A stretch of DNA of 64,000 nt. Source: an uncultured cyanobacterium. GTDB taxonomy: Bacteria > Cyanobacteriota > Cyanobacteriia > Cyanobacteriales > Cyanobacteriaceae. The position numbers and the translations under genes were made by a program. The notes under the pieces were generated by a model, which was given only the letters and a program-made list of their open reading frames with translations, searched no databases and was not told the origin of the DNA. The stretch covers positions 128,001 through 192,000 of the forward strand of contig CAVVOP010000022.1 of NCBI GenBank assembly GCA_963749915.1, in the 5' to 3' direction. Below are positions 9,202 to 21,287 of the stretch, in pieces. The stretch's first letter is position 1. Each line of letters starts with the position of its first letter.

Positions 9202-11674
9202 CTAGTTCATCATAGTATGTTCTGCCTTACGAAGAAAGATCGTTGCCTCTTTAGAAGAAAGAGGCCTACTCAATAAATTACCTTGAATTTCTGCACAACC
9301 CAAATCCCTAAGTAATTCCATTTGTTCTAATTTTTCAATACCTACGGCTACTAATCTGATACCATAGCCTTGGCATAAAACACTCATACTTTGAATAAAG
9401 GCTTTATTTTTGGTATTTTCTTCTAATAATTTAATCAAACTAGAGCTAATTTTCACAGTATCAAAGGGTACTTTTTGCAGATAAATGAAAGAGGAATTTC
9501 CCGCACCAAAATTATCTAAACATAAGTTTACTTTTAAAGCCGATAAATCAGCTAATATTTGATATGCCAATTGAGAATTTTGTAAAAAACAACTTTCTGT
9601 AATTTCTAACTCTAGTAGATGTGAGGGCAATGTGGTTTGTTCTAAGACTTTTTCGATGGTTTTCACAAAATTAGGTTGAAAAAGCTGTCTTGCAGAAATA
9701 TTTATCCCCATAGGCAAAGGAGAAATATTTTGTTTCATCCATGTTTCCATCTGTAAGGTTACTGTTTGTAAAATCCACATTCCCAAAGGTAACATAAAAT
9801 CTGTTTCTTCCGTTAACCGTAAAAAATGACGGGGAGTGACTTTTCCCAATTCGGGATGATTCCAACGCAACAAGGCTTCTAAGCCTGTTAATTGCCGAGT
9901 TTCACTATCGATTTGGGGTTGATAACAAAGGAAAAATTGTTGATCGCGAATGGCATTACCGATTAAATTTTCCAATTTTAACAAACTGGCCGTTTTCGGA
10001 CTAACAGTAAATCCGGTTATCCCATAAAGGTTGTTATTTTTTGCCTTTTTGTTTTGTTCAAGGGAGAGTAAACTATTTTTTAGTAATAATGAAAGTTCAT
10101 CGCCGTCGATGGGATAAATCGCTAAATTTATATTTATATTTAATTTAATATCACCGGAAGATTCTCGTAAAAATTGCTCTAAAGTAGAAGATAATTTTTT
10201 GGCAATTTTAGCGGGGTTCCTCGGTCCATTGATACGGGGAAATAACACCATAAATTTGTTTTCATCCCATCTTGCCATCAGTTCTCCTGCCGCCAGACAA
10301 GATGTGATTATTTGAGCAAAATTTTTGATTAATTTATCAATATTTTCTTGAGTATTATTTTGTTTAAATTCCTCAAATTTATCAATCCCTACTACGATTA
10401 AAGCCATTAAATATTGACACCGCTCTGCATTGGCGATCGCTATAATTAATTGTTCATTAAATAACTTTTGGTTAGGAAGATGAGTTGTGTAATCGTGGAA
10501 GACTTGATCATTTGAATTATCAATATTTTCTGAATTAATACTATTTTTTACCACAAAACAATAAATATCCCTGTTTTGATAGCTAATGGAACTAATACTA
10601 GATTTTAAATTAATTAAAGAACCATCCTGATGACGATATAAATATTGTCTTGTAAAATCCTCCTTGTTTTCCAACACATTCGTTAAATCTTGGTTAAAAC
10701 TACTTAAATCACTAGCAATAAGATTGTAAAGAGTCAAATTCGTAATTTCTTGACCAGAATAACCCAAGAGATTCAAAAAAGAATCATTCGCTTCAATAAT
10801 CCGCTTATTACTGGCATAGGCCAAGAAAATCCCCTCGGAAGTTTGTCTGGCGATAGCACGATAACGAGCTTCACTTTCTCGTAATTGAGCCTCCACCTGT
10901 TTTCTTTTGGTAAAATCAAAAATATAACAACGAATTAATTTTTTTTCCGAGAGATAATGAACATATTGTTCAAAAACTTCCGCACCAATTTTAACTTCTC
11001 TTAAAAATAAATTACCTTGTCGATTATTATATTCCGTCAACAAGCCTGAGAGAATGGGATGCTCTAATTTAAGAATCATGAATAGTATCAAATTTAATAC
11101 TAGCCGCCGGATTGAGATAAGTAATATTACCATCCCAATCTAGCTCAATAATAGGACTAGGACTCAATTCAGGGAAAGAAGCGAGACGAATTAACTCCTG
11201 TTGATCTTCCGTATTACTAGAATTCTTCCATTTCTCACTCATAGTTTCACTAGATTGACTCGTGAGAGTTATAGAAGAAGCATTAATTTTGTCTAAACCA
11301 TCGGGATTAAATAAATCAATATTCGAATCCTTAGGAATAATGTAATAATTAGCCTTAGCCTCATTAGCAAAACGAATGGCATCACCATGTTTTAATTCAT
11401 GAGAAATACAAACATGTCCATTAACTAAGATTCCGTTAGTACTTCTTTTTCCTTGTAAATCACCGTCAATAATACGATAAGAAAAACTATCGCTTCCAGT
11501 CTCCATTCGGCGAATTAAGGTTGCATGAGTACGAGAAACTTGATAGTCATAAAGAATGATGGAATTATTGGAATCTCTACCCAGACTATAGTTACTTTCT
11601 TCAAGAGAAATTATCCTTCTACCTTTGCGATCTTCAATGACTAAAACGTGACGAAATTCTTGTCCTTCGCTCAT
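9202..11674 (-). pseudogene. Third FHA-PAS-GGDEF(degenerate)-EAL paralog split by a +1 frameshift near 11075 (real or sequencing error)
   Basis: ORFs 11069-11674 (FHA, PAS start) and 9202-11133 join as ...IHD-LKLEHPIL if one T is removed from CAT GAT T CTT AAA. This matches the paralog's DNHPILVGL. Confidence 0.8.
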
Positions 11675-11832
11675 GTAATTCTACCCCAGATAATTAATAT
11701 AACCTAATAAATATTAATATTTCTTAATTATTTATTTTCACAGTTTATTCTCCCTAACTATTATAGATGAGTTAGAAGATGACAGTTAAAGTTTAATGTA
11801 AAACCGATTGATTCTATTAGTTAAAAACTTTT

Positions 11833-13089
11833 TTGACAATGTCGAAATTTTTAAAATTCAAAAATTTAGTGACTTTATTGTATTATTTTCTGATTAGTAT
11901 TTTACTGATTTTATTGTTTAAAACTTGCCAGATTAATCAATCCGACCAACCATCAAAACAACTTGAAGGAAAACTGTTGATTCGGCATTCCATAGAGGGT
12001 AAAGTCTCCAATGTGATCAGTGATGCAGTGAAAAAATTTGAATCATTAAATCCTCAAGTTCGTGTGATTACTCAATTTATTCCTCCAAATCGAAATCCTT
12101 CACTTTTTGTCGAAGAATCCCAAAGGGGTTTTGGTGAAAGTATGTTGATCCTTCAAGCTAGAAATATTGGGGAATTAGTTAAAAAAAGGCTGATTAACCC
12201 CATTAATTCAGAATCCATCGATTTATCTACCTATTTCCCTACCACTTTAAATCAAGTTCGCTATGGAGGTCAAGTCTATGGTGTGCCTTTAGGCTCGCAG
12301 ACACAAGTTTTGTGCTATAACAAAGCCAAATTGCAAATAACAGAAGACCCTATATTTAGCAACCCGCCAAGGAATTTAGACGGATTAATTGAGCGGGCGA
12401 AAAAAGGTTATTCTGTGGGTTTGGTCTCCTCCTTTGAAGAGACCTTTTGGGGAATGGGAGCTTTTGGCGGCAGATTTTTCAATGAACAAGGATTATTGGA
12501 ACCTAACCTAGGGGGATGGGCAGAATGGATTGATTGGTTAAAAAAAGCCAATCTACAACCTAACTTTATTTTAGCTTCTGAACGTAGTATTCTACACAAT
12601 GCTTTCGCTCAGGGGGAATTAGCCTATTATATCTGTGATTCAGGAGAAATTCCGGATTTAGAAACCAGTCTCCAAGATAGCTTACGAATTGCTCTACTAC
12701 CTCAAGGGGAAAAAGGAAAAGCAATCCCTCTTCTTAAAACAACAGTAATAGTTTTTAATAAAAGTAATAGTGCCAGTGAAAATAATTTAGGATTAGCCTT
12801 TACTAAATTTATGACAAATCCAGAGCAACAACTGATAGGAATTATTAAAACTCAGAGTTTTATACCTTCTAATCGTAATGTTAACCCCAATGTCGATTTA
12901 CTTCCCCTCGAATCCGTTTTATTAAAACAGGTTGAATCTGCCATTGCTATTCCCCTTGATAACTTAGAACAATTTACACAAGTTTTTGAGAAAGGAGAAA
13001 TCTTATATCAACAAGCCTTTCAGGGGGAGATCCTTACCACCGAAGCCCCTCAAAAATTAATGATGTTTATGAATAGTCTCACGGAATAA
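11833..13089 (+). CDS. Extracellular solute-binding protein (sugar ABC-type family)
   Basis: N-terminal hydrophobic segment, YGVPL....VLCYNK, FMTNPEQQ. Confidence 0.75.
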   Translation: MTMSKFLKFKNLVTLLYYFLISILLILLFKTCQINQSDQPSKQLEGKLLIRHSIEGKVSNVISDAVKKFESLNPQVRVITQFIPPNRNPSLFVEESQRGFGESMLILQARNIGELVKKRLINPINSESIDLSTYFPTTLNQVRYGGQVYGVPLGSQTQVLCYNKAKLQITEDPIFSNPPRNLDGLIERAKKGYSVGLVSSFEETFWGMGAFGGRFFNEQGLLEPNLGGWAEWIDWLKKANLQPNFILASERSILHNAFAQGELAYYICDSGEIPDLETSLQDSLRIALLPQGEKGKAIPLLKTTVIVFNKSNSASENNLGLAFTKFMTNPEQQLIGIIKTQSFIPSNRNVNPNVDLLPLESVLLKQVESAIAIPLDNLEQFTQVFEKGEILYQQAFQGEILTTEAPQKLMMFMNSLTE

Positions 13090-13122
13090 ACAGAAGTCGT
13101 CGTAAACTGCACACACTAGTGC

Positions 13123-14502
13123 TTGAACAATTTTGAAATTAACAGATTAAGATTCATTTTCAAGTCAGGTATTTGTATGGAAACTAATGCAATAAGTTTA
13201 TCGGAAATTATCGTTACCCAAGTACTTTTTGTAACACGACTGGATGTTCAAATTCAGTCTTTGATTATCATTGTTTCCCTGATAACAGGTTGGTTGTTAT
13301 CTAAAGCCTTTTGGAAGTGGTTTCATAAAAAATTTCCGAAAATCACCACCTTTGTCTTGAGAGATGAAAAACTCTCTGCCAATGAGTCTTTAGCCCTATT
13401 TATACAAACTATTGATTTTCCTTTAATTACTTTTATTTTACTTCAATTAATCGAAGTATTTTTTCATAATCAAAATTGGACAAGGGGATTAATTATTGGC
13501 GTCATAAAATTAGTCTTAGTTTATTTAATTTACCGTTGTTTATTAGCACTTTTATATGGTGCTTTTCCCTTAAAAATAATTTATCAATATGACTTTAGAC
13601 TTTTTACCCCTTTATTTATCCTTTATGTTTTATCAATGTGTATTAACTTTTTTACCGATTTAGAGCAATTGTCCCAAGTTGTATTAATAACATTATTTAA
13701 TAGTGCTATTACTTTTGGGGAAGTATTTTCTCTCATTATCGGCTTATATTTTTGGGTTATAATTGTCCTTCTTTCAGAGAAAGTTTTGCTGAATATAATT
13801 AATTCTCAAACTACTGCAAGAAAAGGATCAATTGAGGTAACTTTATTATTAATACGTTATTTTTTAATTGCTTTGGGTATTGTTTTAAATTTAGGCTATG
13901 CGGGATTTGATGGTAGGGCATTAACAGTTATTTCAGGAGGGTTATCTGTGGGGATTGGCTTTGGCTTAAAAGAAATTTTTAGTAATTTTATTAGCGGTAT
14001 TTTTCTGTTATTTGAAAAAGTTTTAAAACCCGGAGATCTTATTAGTATTGAAGGACAAACTTGTGAAGTTAAAAAACTGGGTATTCGGGCAACCACTGTC
14101 AAATTATTAGTAGATAACTCAGAAAAAATTATTCCTAATCAAACTTTTTTTACTCAGGATATCACTACTTATACAGGAACTAATAATTTAGTTAACTGTT
14201 GTGTTTTCGTCGGCGTCGGCTATGATTCTAGTGCGGTACAAGTGATGGATTTATTGTTTGAAATTGCTTACAATCACCCCTTAATATTAAAAAATCCTTC
14301 TCCTTTAGCTTTTTTTCTCAATTTTGGTGATTCTAGTTTAAATTTTGAGTTAAAATTCTGGCTAGATGATGTCAATCTCAGAAAGCGGGTTATTAGTGAT
14401 CTTAATTGTTCGATATTGACTAAATTTGCTAATCATAATATTGAAATTCCTTACCCTCAAAGGGATATTCATTTAATTGATAAGGTAACGGCAGAAAAAT
14501 GA
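13123..14502 (+). CDS. MscS-family mechanosensitive channel
   Basis: GLSVGIGFGLKEIFSNFISGIFLL, IPNQ, FGDSSLNFEL, IEIPYPQRDIH. Confidence 0.9.
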   Translation: MNNFEINRLRFIFKSGICMETNAISLSEIIVTQVLFVTRLDVQIQSLIIIVSLITGWLLSKAFWKWFHKKFPKITTFVLRDEKLSANESLALFIQTIDFPLITFILLQLIEVFFHNQNWTRGLIIGVIKLVLVYLIYRCLLALLYGAFPLKIIYQYDFRLFTPLFILYVLSMCINFFTDLEQLSQVVLITLFNSAITFGEVFSLIIGLYFWVIIVLLSEKVLLNIINSQTTARKGSIEVTLLLIRYFLIALGIVLNLGYAGFDGRALTVISGGLSVGIGFGLKEIFSNFISGIFLLFEKVLKPGDLISIEGQTCEVKKLGIRATTVKLLVDNSEKIIPNQTFFTQDITTYTGTNNLVNCCVFVGVGYDSSAVQVMDLLFEIAYNHPLILKNPSPLAFFLNFGDSSLNFELKFWLDDVNLRKRVISDLNCSILTKFANHNIEIPYPQRDIHLIDKVTAEK

Positions 14503-14604
14503 AGTATCAATACTACTATTTAAGTATAAAGCTCCTGAATCCTGAATTCTGGCTCCTGTCTCCTATCCTCACGAAAGAATCTTAACCAAAACTGAGGTTA
14601 GATA

Positions 14605-14691
14605 CGTGGCATAGGGTAGCAATCTCCTAGTCGTGAGATGATTAGGAAGCCCACACTGAATGCGATAGCATCAGTGTTGGGAGGATGTTAC
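14605..14691 (+). mobile_element. IS200/IS605 (TnpB-type) right-end-like hairpin remnant without ORF
   Basis: GAAGCCCACACTGA-ATGC-GATA-GCAT-CAGTGTTGGGAGGATGTTAC hairpin resembles cyanobacterial IS605-group 3' ends, which normally end in ...TCAC. Confidence 0.5.
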
Positions 14692-16698
14692 TTAACTAAT
14701 CACCGTAAATGCGATGGCAAAACCTAAAACGGCGGCAAAAACGATTAAGGCATAAAATTGTGCTCGTCCATTTTCGAGATATTTTAAGCCTTCTCCACTG
14801 ATAATTGTGACTAAACCCGTTAAATTGACTGCACCATCTACTACTTTATAATCTACTTCCATTATGGCACGGGCAAGACGACGACAACCTTGTACAAAAA
14901 CTTTGTCGTAAAAATCATCGAAATACCATTTATTTAAGGAAAGCTCATATAAAGGTTGAATTTTCTGGGCGATCGCTTTGTAGTCGATTTTACCCTGTAG
15001 ATAAGTCAAAGAGGCGATAGTGATGCCGATTAAGGCGATACCGACGGAATTACCCCCCATGATCAAAAACTCATTTAAGTCAAAATGGTGGGCAACTTCT
15101 AATACTTCTTCGTTGGGGGAAGCAATAAACTCCTCAAAACGATTATTCCAAGGCATACCCAATAAACCAATTAAAATAGAAGGAATTGCCAACATCATCA
15201 AAGGAAATGTCATAGTCAGAGGGGATTCGTGGGGTTTTTCACCATGATGTCCTTCACCCCTAGGGGTAACACCAGCCTCTTTTAATAATTCCTCTTGAAT
15301 TTTATGATCTTGTCCGCGGAAATCCCCTTCAAAGGTCATAAAATACATCCGGAACATATAAAAGGCCGTCAAACCCGCCGTTAACCAACCCACCAACCAT
15401 AAAGCCGGATTCGCTTCAAAGGCTAAACCGAGAATTTCATCTTTTGACCAAAATCCGGCAAAGGGAGGGATGCCACAAATAGCTAGAGTGCCGATTAAGA
15501 AGCAACTGGAAGTAATGGGCATATATTTACGTAAATTTCCCATTAATCGCATATCTTGGGCTAAAACAGGCTCATGACCCACAACTTCTTCCATGCCGTG
15601 AATAACTGAACCCGAGCACAAGAATAACATTGCTTTGAAGTAAGCGTGAGTCATGAGGTGAAATAAACCGGCACTATAGGCACCGATACCCATAGCCATA
15701 ACCATGTAACCCAATTGGGAAATGGTAGAATAAGCCAAGCCTTTTTTTATGTCATTTTGAGTAATGGCTATCGTAGCACCAAGGAAGGCAGTAAAGCAAC
15801 CAGTCCAGGAAATCAGGATCATTACGTCGGGAATCGGTTCAAATACCGGGTACATGCGTGCAATTAAGAAAACTCCAGCCGCCACCATTGTCGCCGCATG
15901 AATTAATGCCGATATAGGGGTAGGACCTTCCATTGCGTCAGGCAACCATACATGAAGGGGAAATTGGGCTGATTTGGCAACAGGACCTAAAAACACCAAA
16001 ATGGCGAATAATGCCGCTAACCATCCAGCCACCTGTCCTGATAATACCAATTCATGAAGGCGATCGCCCATTGGTCCAAAATCGAAACTACCAGTAGCCC
16101 AATATAATCCTAGCATCCCCAGTAATAGACCGAAATCCCCTACCCTATTGACGACAAAAGCTTTTTGACAGGCATCGGCAGCAGGTTTGCGATCGTACCA
16201 GAAACCTATGAGTAAATAAGAACAAACCCCCACCAATTCCCAAAATATATATACTTGTACTAGATTGGGACTGATGACCAAACCTAACATGGAAGCACTA
16301 AAAATACTCAGATAGGCATAAAAACGCACATAACCCGCATCATGTGCCATATAACCATCGGTGTAGATCATTACCAGTAAGGCAACAGTAGTCACAATAA
16401 CAAGCATTAGTGAACTAAGGTGATCGATGGTATAACCCATACTGAGCTTGAAATCACCAGCAGAAGCCCATTCTATCATTTTTGTGTAGGGTTCGTGACC
16501 TTGCCATTGACTCCAAAATAAGGCGATGGCTATAGCTAAACAAACTCCTAAAATGGAGATAATGAAAATAGAGTTAACTTGCCTTAATTTGTTGGTGGCT
16601 TGATTAAAAGAAATTAACCCAATACCGACTATCATTGAAGAGAGTAGCGGTAGTGCAGGTACTAACCAAGCATATTCATACAATTTTAAACTATCCAT
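14692..16698 (-). CDS. ndhF1: NAD(P)H dehydrogenase subunit 5
   Basis: KSAQFPLHVWLPDAMEGPTPISALIHAATMV; cyanobacterial NdhF1-like termini. Confidence 0.95.
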   Translation of the reverse strand: MDSLKLYEYAWLVPALPLLSSMIVGIGLISFNQATNKLRQVNSIFIISILGVCLAIAIALFWSQWQGHEPYTKMIEWASAGDFKLSMGYTIDHLSSLMLVIVTTVALLVMIYTDGYMAHDAGYVRFYAYLSIFSASMLGLVISPNLVQVYIFWELVGVCSYLLIGFWYDRKPAADACQKAFVVNRVGDFGLLLGMLGLYWATGSFDFGPMGDRLHELVLSGQVAGWLAALFAILVFLGPVAKSAQFPLHVWLPDAMEGPTPISALIHAATMVAAGVFLIARMYPVFEPIPDVMILISWTGCFTAFLGATIAITQNDIKKGLAYSTISQLGYMVMAMGIGAYSAGLFHLMTHAYFKAMLFLCSGSVIHGMEEVVGHEPVLAQDMRLMGNLRKYMPITSSCFLIGTLAICGIPPFAGFWSKDEILGLAFEANPALWLVGWLTAGLTAFYMFRMYFMTFEGDFRGQDHKIQEELLKEAGVTPRGEGHHGEKPHESPLTMTFPLMMLAIPSILIGLLGMPWNNRFEEFIASPNEEVLEVAHHFDLNEFLIMGGNSVGIALIGITIASLTYLQGKIDYKAIAQKIQPLYELSLNKWYFDDFYDKVFVQGCRRLARAIMEVDYKVVDGAVNLTGLVTIISGEGLKYLENGRAQFYALIVFAAVLGFAIAFTVIS

Positions 16699-17046
16699 CC
16701 TAGTTATTGTCTAATTTATTCATAACGTTTTAATTGTGACATAGGATCATAAATAATGAACAACTAAGAATTAAATTTAGCGGCAAGGTAGGCAATGTCC
16801 ACCGTAGATTTAGAGTTTAAAGTTGACCATTTTTTGAATTCAAAATTCAAAGGGCAAAATTAGGAAAAGATAATTTTTAATTGATTAATTTTGGGTACAA
16901 GCCCCCACTAATTGTCTTTAATTTTGAATTGATAATTTTGAATTTTGAATTCCAAATTTAAGATGACGCAACTGACGAGTCGATCGCCTCAGCTAAATCC
17001 TTTAACTCCGACGTGATCGCTCTAGCTGACATCTTTCTCACATCAA

Positions 17047-17163
17047 ATGAGAAGTGTGGGGAGTGTGGGGAGTGTGGGAAGTATGGGATTTTTCTTCCCC
17101 ATCTTCCCCATCTTCCCCCTCTTCCAAGTCTCACCTTCGCCCAAATATTAAAAACCTACACCC
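17047..17163. repeat. Dispersed element with 9-mer GTGGGGAGT/CTTCCCCAT tandem units, copy 1
   Basis: Near-identical to 32611-32697 and 60546-60707. Confidence 0.85.
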
Positions 17164-17465
17164 TCTTAAATCAATCTTAAACAAGAAAGGTTATAGTACT
17201 GGAGTAGGGGATGAAGGAGGTTTTGCTCCCGATCTTAAATTCAATGAGGAAGCAGTAGAAGTGATTCTGGAAGCTATTACCGCTGGAGGTTACAAACCTG
17301 GAGAGGATATCTCTATCTGTTTAGACCCAGCTACCAGCGAGTTGTGGAGAGATGGTAAATACTTATTATTCAAGTCAACCAAGGAATTGCCAATTCAATT
17401 TTGATTAAGTTAAACTAAACCAAATCGGAACTATGACTGAAACCCTTGATACCATTAACCTAGCG
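17164..17465 (+). pseudogene. eno: Enolase remnant, 5'-truncated and internally deleted
   Basis: [13 protein letters not shown]...[15 protein letters not shown], followed directly by [25 protein letters not shown]. Confidence 0.85.
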
Positions 17466-17537
17466 AATCCGTTATATCCTTAAATCTGATTCAAATTGTG
17501 CTTTCCTGAAGATTTACACCATTAGATTAGTAAAGAT

Positions 17538-18236
17538 ATGTCTGAACTCATTTTGATCCGTCACGGACAAAGTCTCTGGAATGCCCAAAATAAGTTTACC
17601 GGTTGGGTGGATGTTCCCTTGAGTGAAAGGGGAAGGGCTGAAGCAATGGTTGCTGCTTGTAAGCTAAAAGAAAAGCAGTGCCAGGTCAATATTTGCTTTA
17701 CCAGCCTACTCATCCGTAGCATCGAGACGGCAATTATCTGCCTGACTGAATGCGATGAAGTCTGTGGGGGCAGGATTCCCATCCTCAAGCACAATGCTGA
17801 TGACCCCAACTGGCATGGCTGGGATCGCTATGAAGGCAATGCGGATGAAGAACTACCCATTTTCCCCTCTCAGGCTCTAGACGAGCGTTATTACGGGGAA
17901 TTGCAAGGATTGAATAAAGCCGAAACGGCGAAGAAATACGGTGAAGATCAAGTCCACGAATGGCGACGCTCTTATGGAACACGCCCTCCGGGAGGGGAAA
18001 GTCTGGAGGATACCAAACAACGGGTACTGCCTTTCTTCGAGAATCGCATTCTCACTCATATTAAACAGAAAGATTCGATCTTAGTGGCAGCCCATGGCAA
18101 CTCTTTGCGTTCTATTGTCATGATTCTCGATAACTTAACCCCTGAAGAAGTTCCTAAACTGGAACTGGGTACAGCCGCCCCCATAGTTTACGAACTGGAT
18201 GAGGAGGGCAAAGTCCTAGATAAAGTTCTTCTTTAA
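17538..18236 (+). CDS. gpmA: 2,3-BPG-dependent phosphoglycerate mutase
   Basis: [35 protein letters not shown]. Confidence 0.93.
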   Translation: MSELILIRHGQSLWNAQNKFTGWVDVPLSERGRAEAMVAACKLKEKQCQVNICFTSLLIRSIETAIICLTECDEVCGGRIPILKHNADDPNWHGWDRYEGNADEELPIFPSQALDERYYGELQGLNKAETAKKYGEDQVHEWRRSYGTRPPGGESLEDTKQRVLPFFENRILTHIKQKDSILVAAHGNSLRSIVMILDNLTPEEVPKLELGTAAPIVYELDEEGKVLDKVLL

Positions 18237-18318
18237 TGGAAACAGACCCGCCCCGTTCACAAGAATCACTATTTCTTTTTGTTTACAACTTAAACATAAA
18301 TACTATGGATGGATAGAT

Positions 18319-19896
18319 ATGGATATTCTCTGGCAACGCTATCAAGACTGGCTTTATTATCATCAAGGTTTAGGACTATATTTAGATATCAGCCGTATGG
18401 CCTTTGATTCTGGTCTTTTAGAAGCTCTTAAGCCCAGGTTTAATAAGGCTTTTAAGGATATGGAAGCTCTGGAAAAAGGAGCGATCGCCAATCCAGATGA
18501 GAACCGCATGGTGGGTCATTATTGGTTACGTAATCCTGACTTAGCACCTCCTAACCTAAAGAAAGAAATTATCGAAACTTTAGAAGGAATTGAAGATTTC
18601 GTTGAAAAAGTTCATTGTGGAGCGATTAAACCCCCTGAAGCAGAGAAATTTACCGATATTCTCTCGGTGGGTATCGGCGGTTCTGCCCTAGGCCCAGAAT
18701 TTGTGGCTGAAGCATTAGCCCCCGATTTTCCGCCCATGGCAATTCATTTTATTGATAATACCGATCCCGCAGGTATAGATCGAGTACTTAACCGCCTCAA
18801 GGATCGCTTAAAAAGTACCTTGGTGATTATTACGACTAAATCAGGGGGAACTCCTGAAACCCGTAACGGGATGTTGGAAGTTAAACACGCTTACGAACAA
18901 CTTGGATTAGATTTTCCAGGTCATGCGGTGGCAATTACCATGATTGGTAGTAAAATGGACGAATTAGAGCGGATGGAAGGCTGGTTAGCTGAATTCCCCA
19001 TGTTTGATTGGGTCGGGGGGCGTACCTCAGAAATGTCAGCGGTAGGGCTATTATCAGCTTCTTTACTGGGCATTAATATCCGCGAGTTATTGGCTGGTGC
19101 CCAGGAAATGGACGAAGCTACTAGAGTAACAGATATCAAAAATAATCCCGCCGCTCTCCTCGCATTATCTTGGTATCATGCCGGTGAGGGGAAGGGTAAA
19201 AAAGATATGGTGATTTTGCCCTACAAAGATAGCTTATTGTTATTCTCTCGCTATTTACAGCAATTAGTAATGGAATCCTTGGGTAAAGAAAAAAATCTTG
19301 ATGGTGAAATTGTCCATCAGGGTCTGGCTGTTTATGGCAATAAAGGCTCTACGGATCAACATGCCTATGTTCAGCAATTACGAGAAGGCATTCCTAATTT
19401 CTTTGCCACTTTTATTGAGGTGCTAAAAGATCGAGAAGGGGATTCCCTTGAAGTCGAACCAGAGGCAACTTCAGGAGATTTTTTGTCGGGCTTTTTACAA
19501 GGTACAAGAGAGGCATTGTATGAAAATCAGCGAGAGTCTATTACCGTTACCATTCCCCAAGTAACAGAAAAAACCGTCGGAGCACTAATTGCCCTTTACG
19601 AAAGAACGGTGGGACTTTATGCTTCTTTAATCAATGTTAATGCCTATCATCAACCAGGGGTAGAGGCTGGTAAAAAAGCCGCTGCTTCCATTCTGGCCTT
19701 ACAGAAACAAGTGTTACAAATTTTAAAACAGGAGGGAAAAGCTATTTCTCTAAGTTCTTTAACACAAAAAGTTGGCTCTCCAGGCAAAGAGGAAGTAGTT
19801 TATAAAATCCTGCGTCATTTAGAAGCTAATGGACGAGGGATCACTATGGAAGGAGATCCCTCTAGACCTTCTAGTCTCCTGTTTTCCGCTTCTTAA
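18319..19896 (+). CDS. pgi: Glucose-6-phosphate isomerase
   Basis: [43 protein letters not shown]. Confidence 0.95.
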   Translation: MDILWQRYQDWLYYHQGLGLYLDISRMAFDSGLLEALKPRFNKAFKDMEALEKGAIANPDENRMVGHYWLRNPDLAPPNLKKEIIETLEGIEDFVEKVHCGAIKPPEAEKFTDILSVGIGGSALGPEFVAEALAPDFPPMAIHFIDNTDPAGIDRVLNRLKDRLKSTLVIITTKSGGTPETRNGMLEVKHAYEQLGLDFPGHAVAITMIGSKMDELERMEGWLAEFPMFDWVGGRTSEMSAVGLLSASLLGINIRELLAGAQEMDEATRVTDIKNNPAALLALSWYHAGEGKGKKDMVILPYKDSLLLFSRYLQQLVMESLGKEKNLDGEIVHQGLAVYGNKGSTDQHAYVQQLREGIPNFFATFIEVLKDREGDSLEVEPEATSGDFLSGFLQGTREALYENQRESITVTIPQVTEKTVGALIALYERTVGLYASLINVNAYHQPGVEAGKKAAASILALQKQVLQILKQEGKAISLSSLTQKVGSPGKEEVVYKILRHLEANGRGITMEGDPSRPSSLLFSAS

Positions 19897-19980
19897 ACTT
19901 CTTCATCAAACCAGTGCTTAGTGGGAAAATTATCATGATTTTCTTCATTCAACCAACAATTATTCAATTACGCCATTAAA

Positions 19981-21174
19981 GTGAAAACCATGAACAAAAG
20001 CTTATTAGATCAACTCAAGGAAATGACCGTTGTGGTGGCAGATACAGGGGATATTCAAGCCATTGAAAACTTCACCCCCAGAGATGCGACCACCAATCCT
20101 TCTTTAATTACTGCCGCAGCTCAAATGCCTGAGTACCAAAGTATTGTAGATGATACTTTAAAACAAGCAAGAGCAGAACTCGGTGACAGTGCCTCCATTG
20201 GCCAAGTGGTGACTTTAGCCTTCGATCGCCTTGCTGTTTCCTTTGGCTTAAAAATTTTAGAAATTGTGCCCGGAAGAGTTTCCACCGAGGTGGATGCGAG
20301 GCTATCCTATGATACAGAAGCAACTTTAGCAAAAGCCCGTTACCTTATTTCTCAGTACAAAGCAGCGGGAATTTCCGAAAAACGTGTCTTAATTAAGATT
20401 GCCTCTACTTGGGAAGGTATTCGTGCGGCGGAAATCTTAGAAAAAGAAGGCATTCATTGTAATCTTACTCTCCTGTTTGGTTTACACCAAGCCATTGCTT
20501 GTGCAGAAGCAGGAGTAACCTTGATCTCTCCTTTTGTGGGACGAATTTTAGATTGGTACAAAAAATCAACAGGAAAGGAAAGTTATCCCCCAGCGGAAGA
20601 TCCCGGAGTGTTGTCCGTGGCAAAAATTTACAATTACTACAAAAAATTCGGCTATAAAACTGAGATTATGGGAGCAAGTTTCCGCAATATCGGTGAGATT
20701 ACTGAATTGGCAGGTTGCGATTTGCTCACAATTTCTCCCAAGCTACTAGCTGAATTGAAGGAAAGTACCGAAGAGTTACCACGGAAATTAGATCCAGCTA
20801 AAGCCGCTAATAGTGATATTAAGAAAATGTCTATGGATAAAAAGACTTTTGAGCAGATGCACGCTCAAGATTCTATGGCTAAAGAAAAGCTAGCGGAGGG
20901 AATTGAGGGATTTTCAAAAGCTTTGGAAGCTTTGGAAAAGCTTTTGGCAGAAAGGCTTGCTCGTCTTGAGGGAGAAAAAACTCTCAGCAATGCCGCCCAA
21001 GATATTTTCCAAGTCTATGACTTAGATGGGGATGGCGTTATCACTCGAGAAGAGTGGGCAGGCACCGATGCAGTATTTGATGCCATCGATCTCAATGGAG
21101 ACGGTCAAATTTCTCCAGAAGAGTTGGCCGCTGGAATGGGCGCTGCCTTTCGCCTAGTCAAGAGTAATTCTTAA
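19981..21174 (+). CDS. tal: Transaldolase with C-terminal EF-hand pair
   Basis: [30 protein letters not shown] hands [12 protein letters not shown] and [12 protein letters not shown]. Confidence 0.95.
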   Translation: MKTMNKSLLDQLKEMTVVVADTGDIQAIENFTPRDATTNPSLITAAAQMPEYQSIVDDTLKQARAELGDSASIGQVVTLAFDRLAVSFGLKILEIVPGRVSTEVDARLSYDTEATLAKARYLISQYKAAGISEKRVLIKIASTWEGIRAAEILEKEGIHCNLTLLFGLHQAIACAEAGVTLISPFVGRILDWYKKSTGKESYPPAEDPGVLSVAKIYNYYKKFGYKTEIMGASFRNIGEITELAGCDLLTISPKLLAELKESTEELPRKLDPAKAANSDIKKMSMDKKTFEQMHAQDSMAKEKLAEGIEGFSKALEALEKLLAERLARLEGEKTLSNAAQDIFQVYDLDGDGVITREEWAGTDAVFDAIDLNGDGQISPEELAAGMGAAFRLVKSNS

Positions 21175-21287
21175 GGAATTCTGATAGAGACAAGGCCTGT
21201 CTTGTCTCGATAAAGTTCACCTCAGTTCCATTGGCCATTCCCAAATTTGTCCCATTTCAAAATAAGCAATCAATTCACTAATTAATT

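Noticed and set aside
17054..17404. 116-aa ORF starting [11 protein letters not shown]
   Set aside because: Chimeric read-through of a repeat element into an enolase fragment, not a real gene.
20990..21174. EF-hand fusion on transaldolase as a novelty
   Set aside because: A known feature of many cyanobacterial transaldolases.
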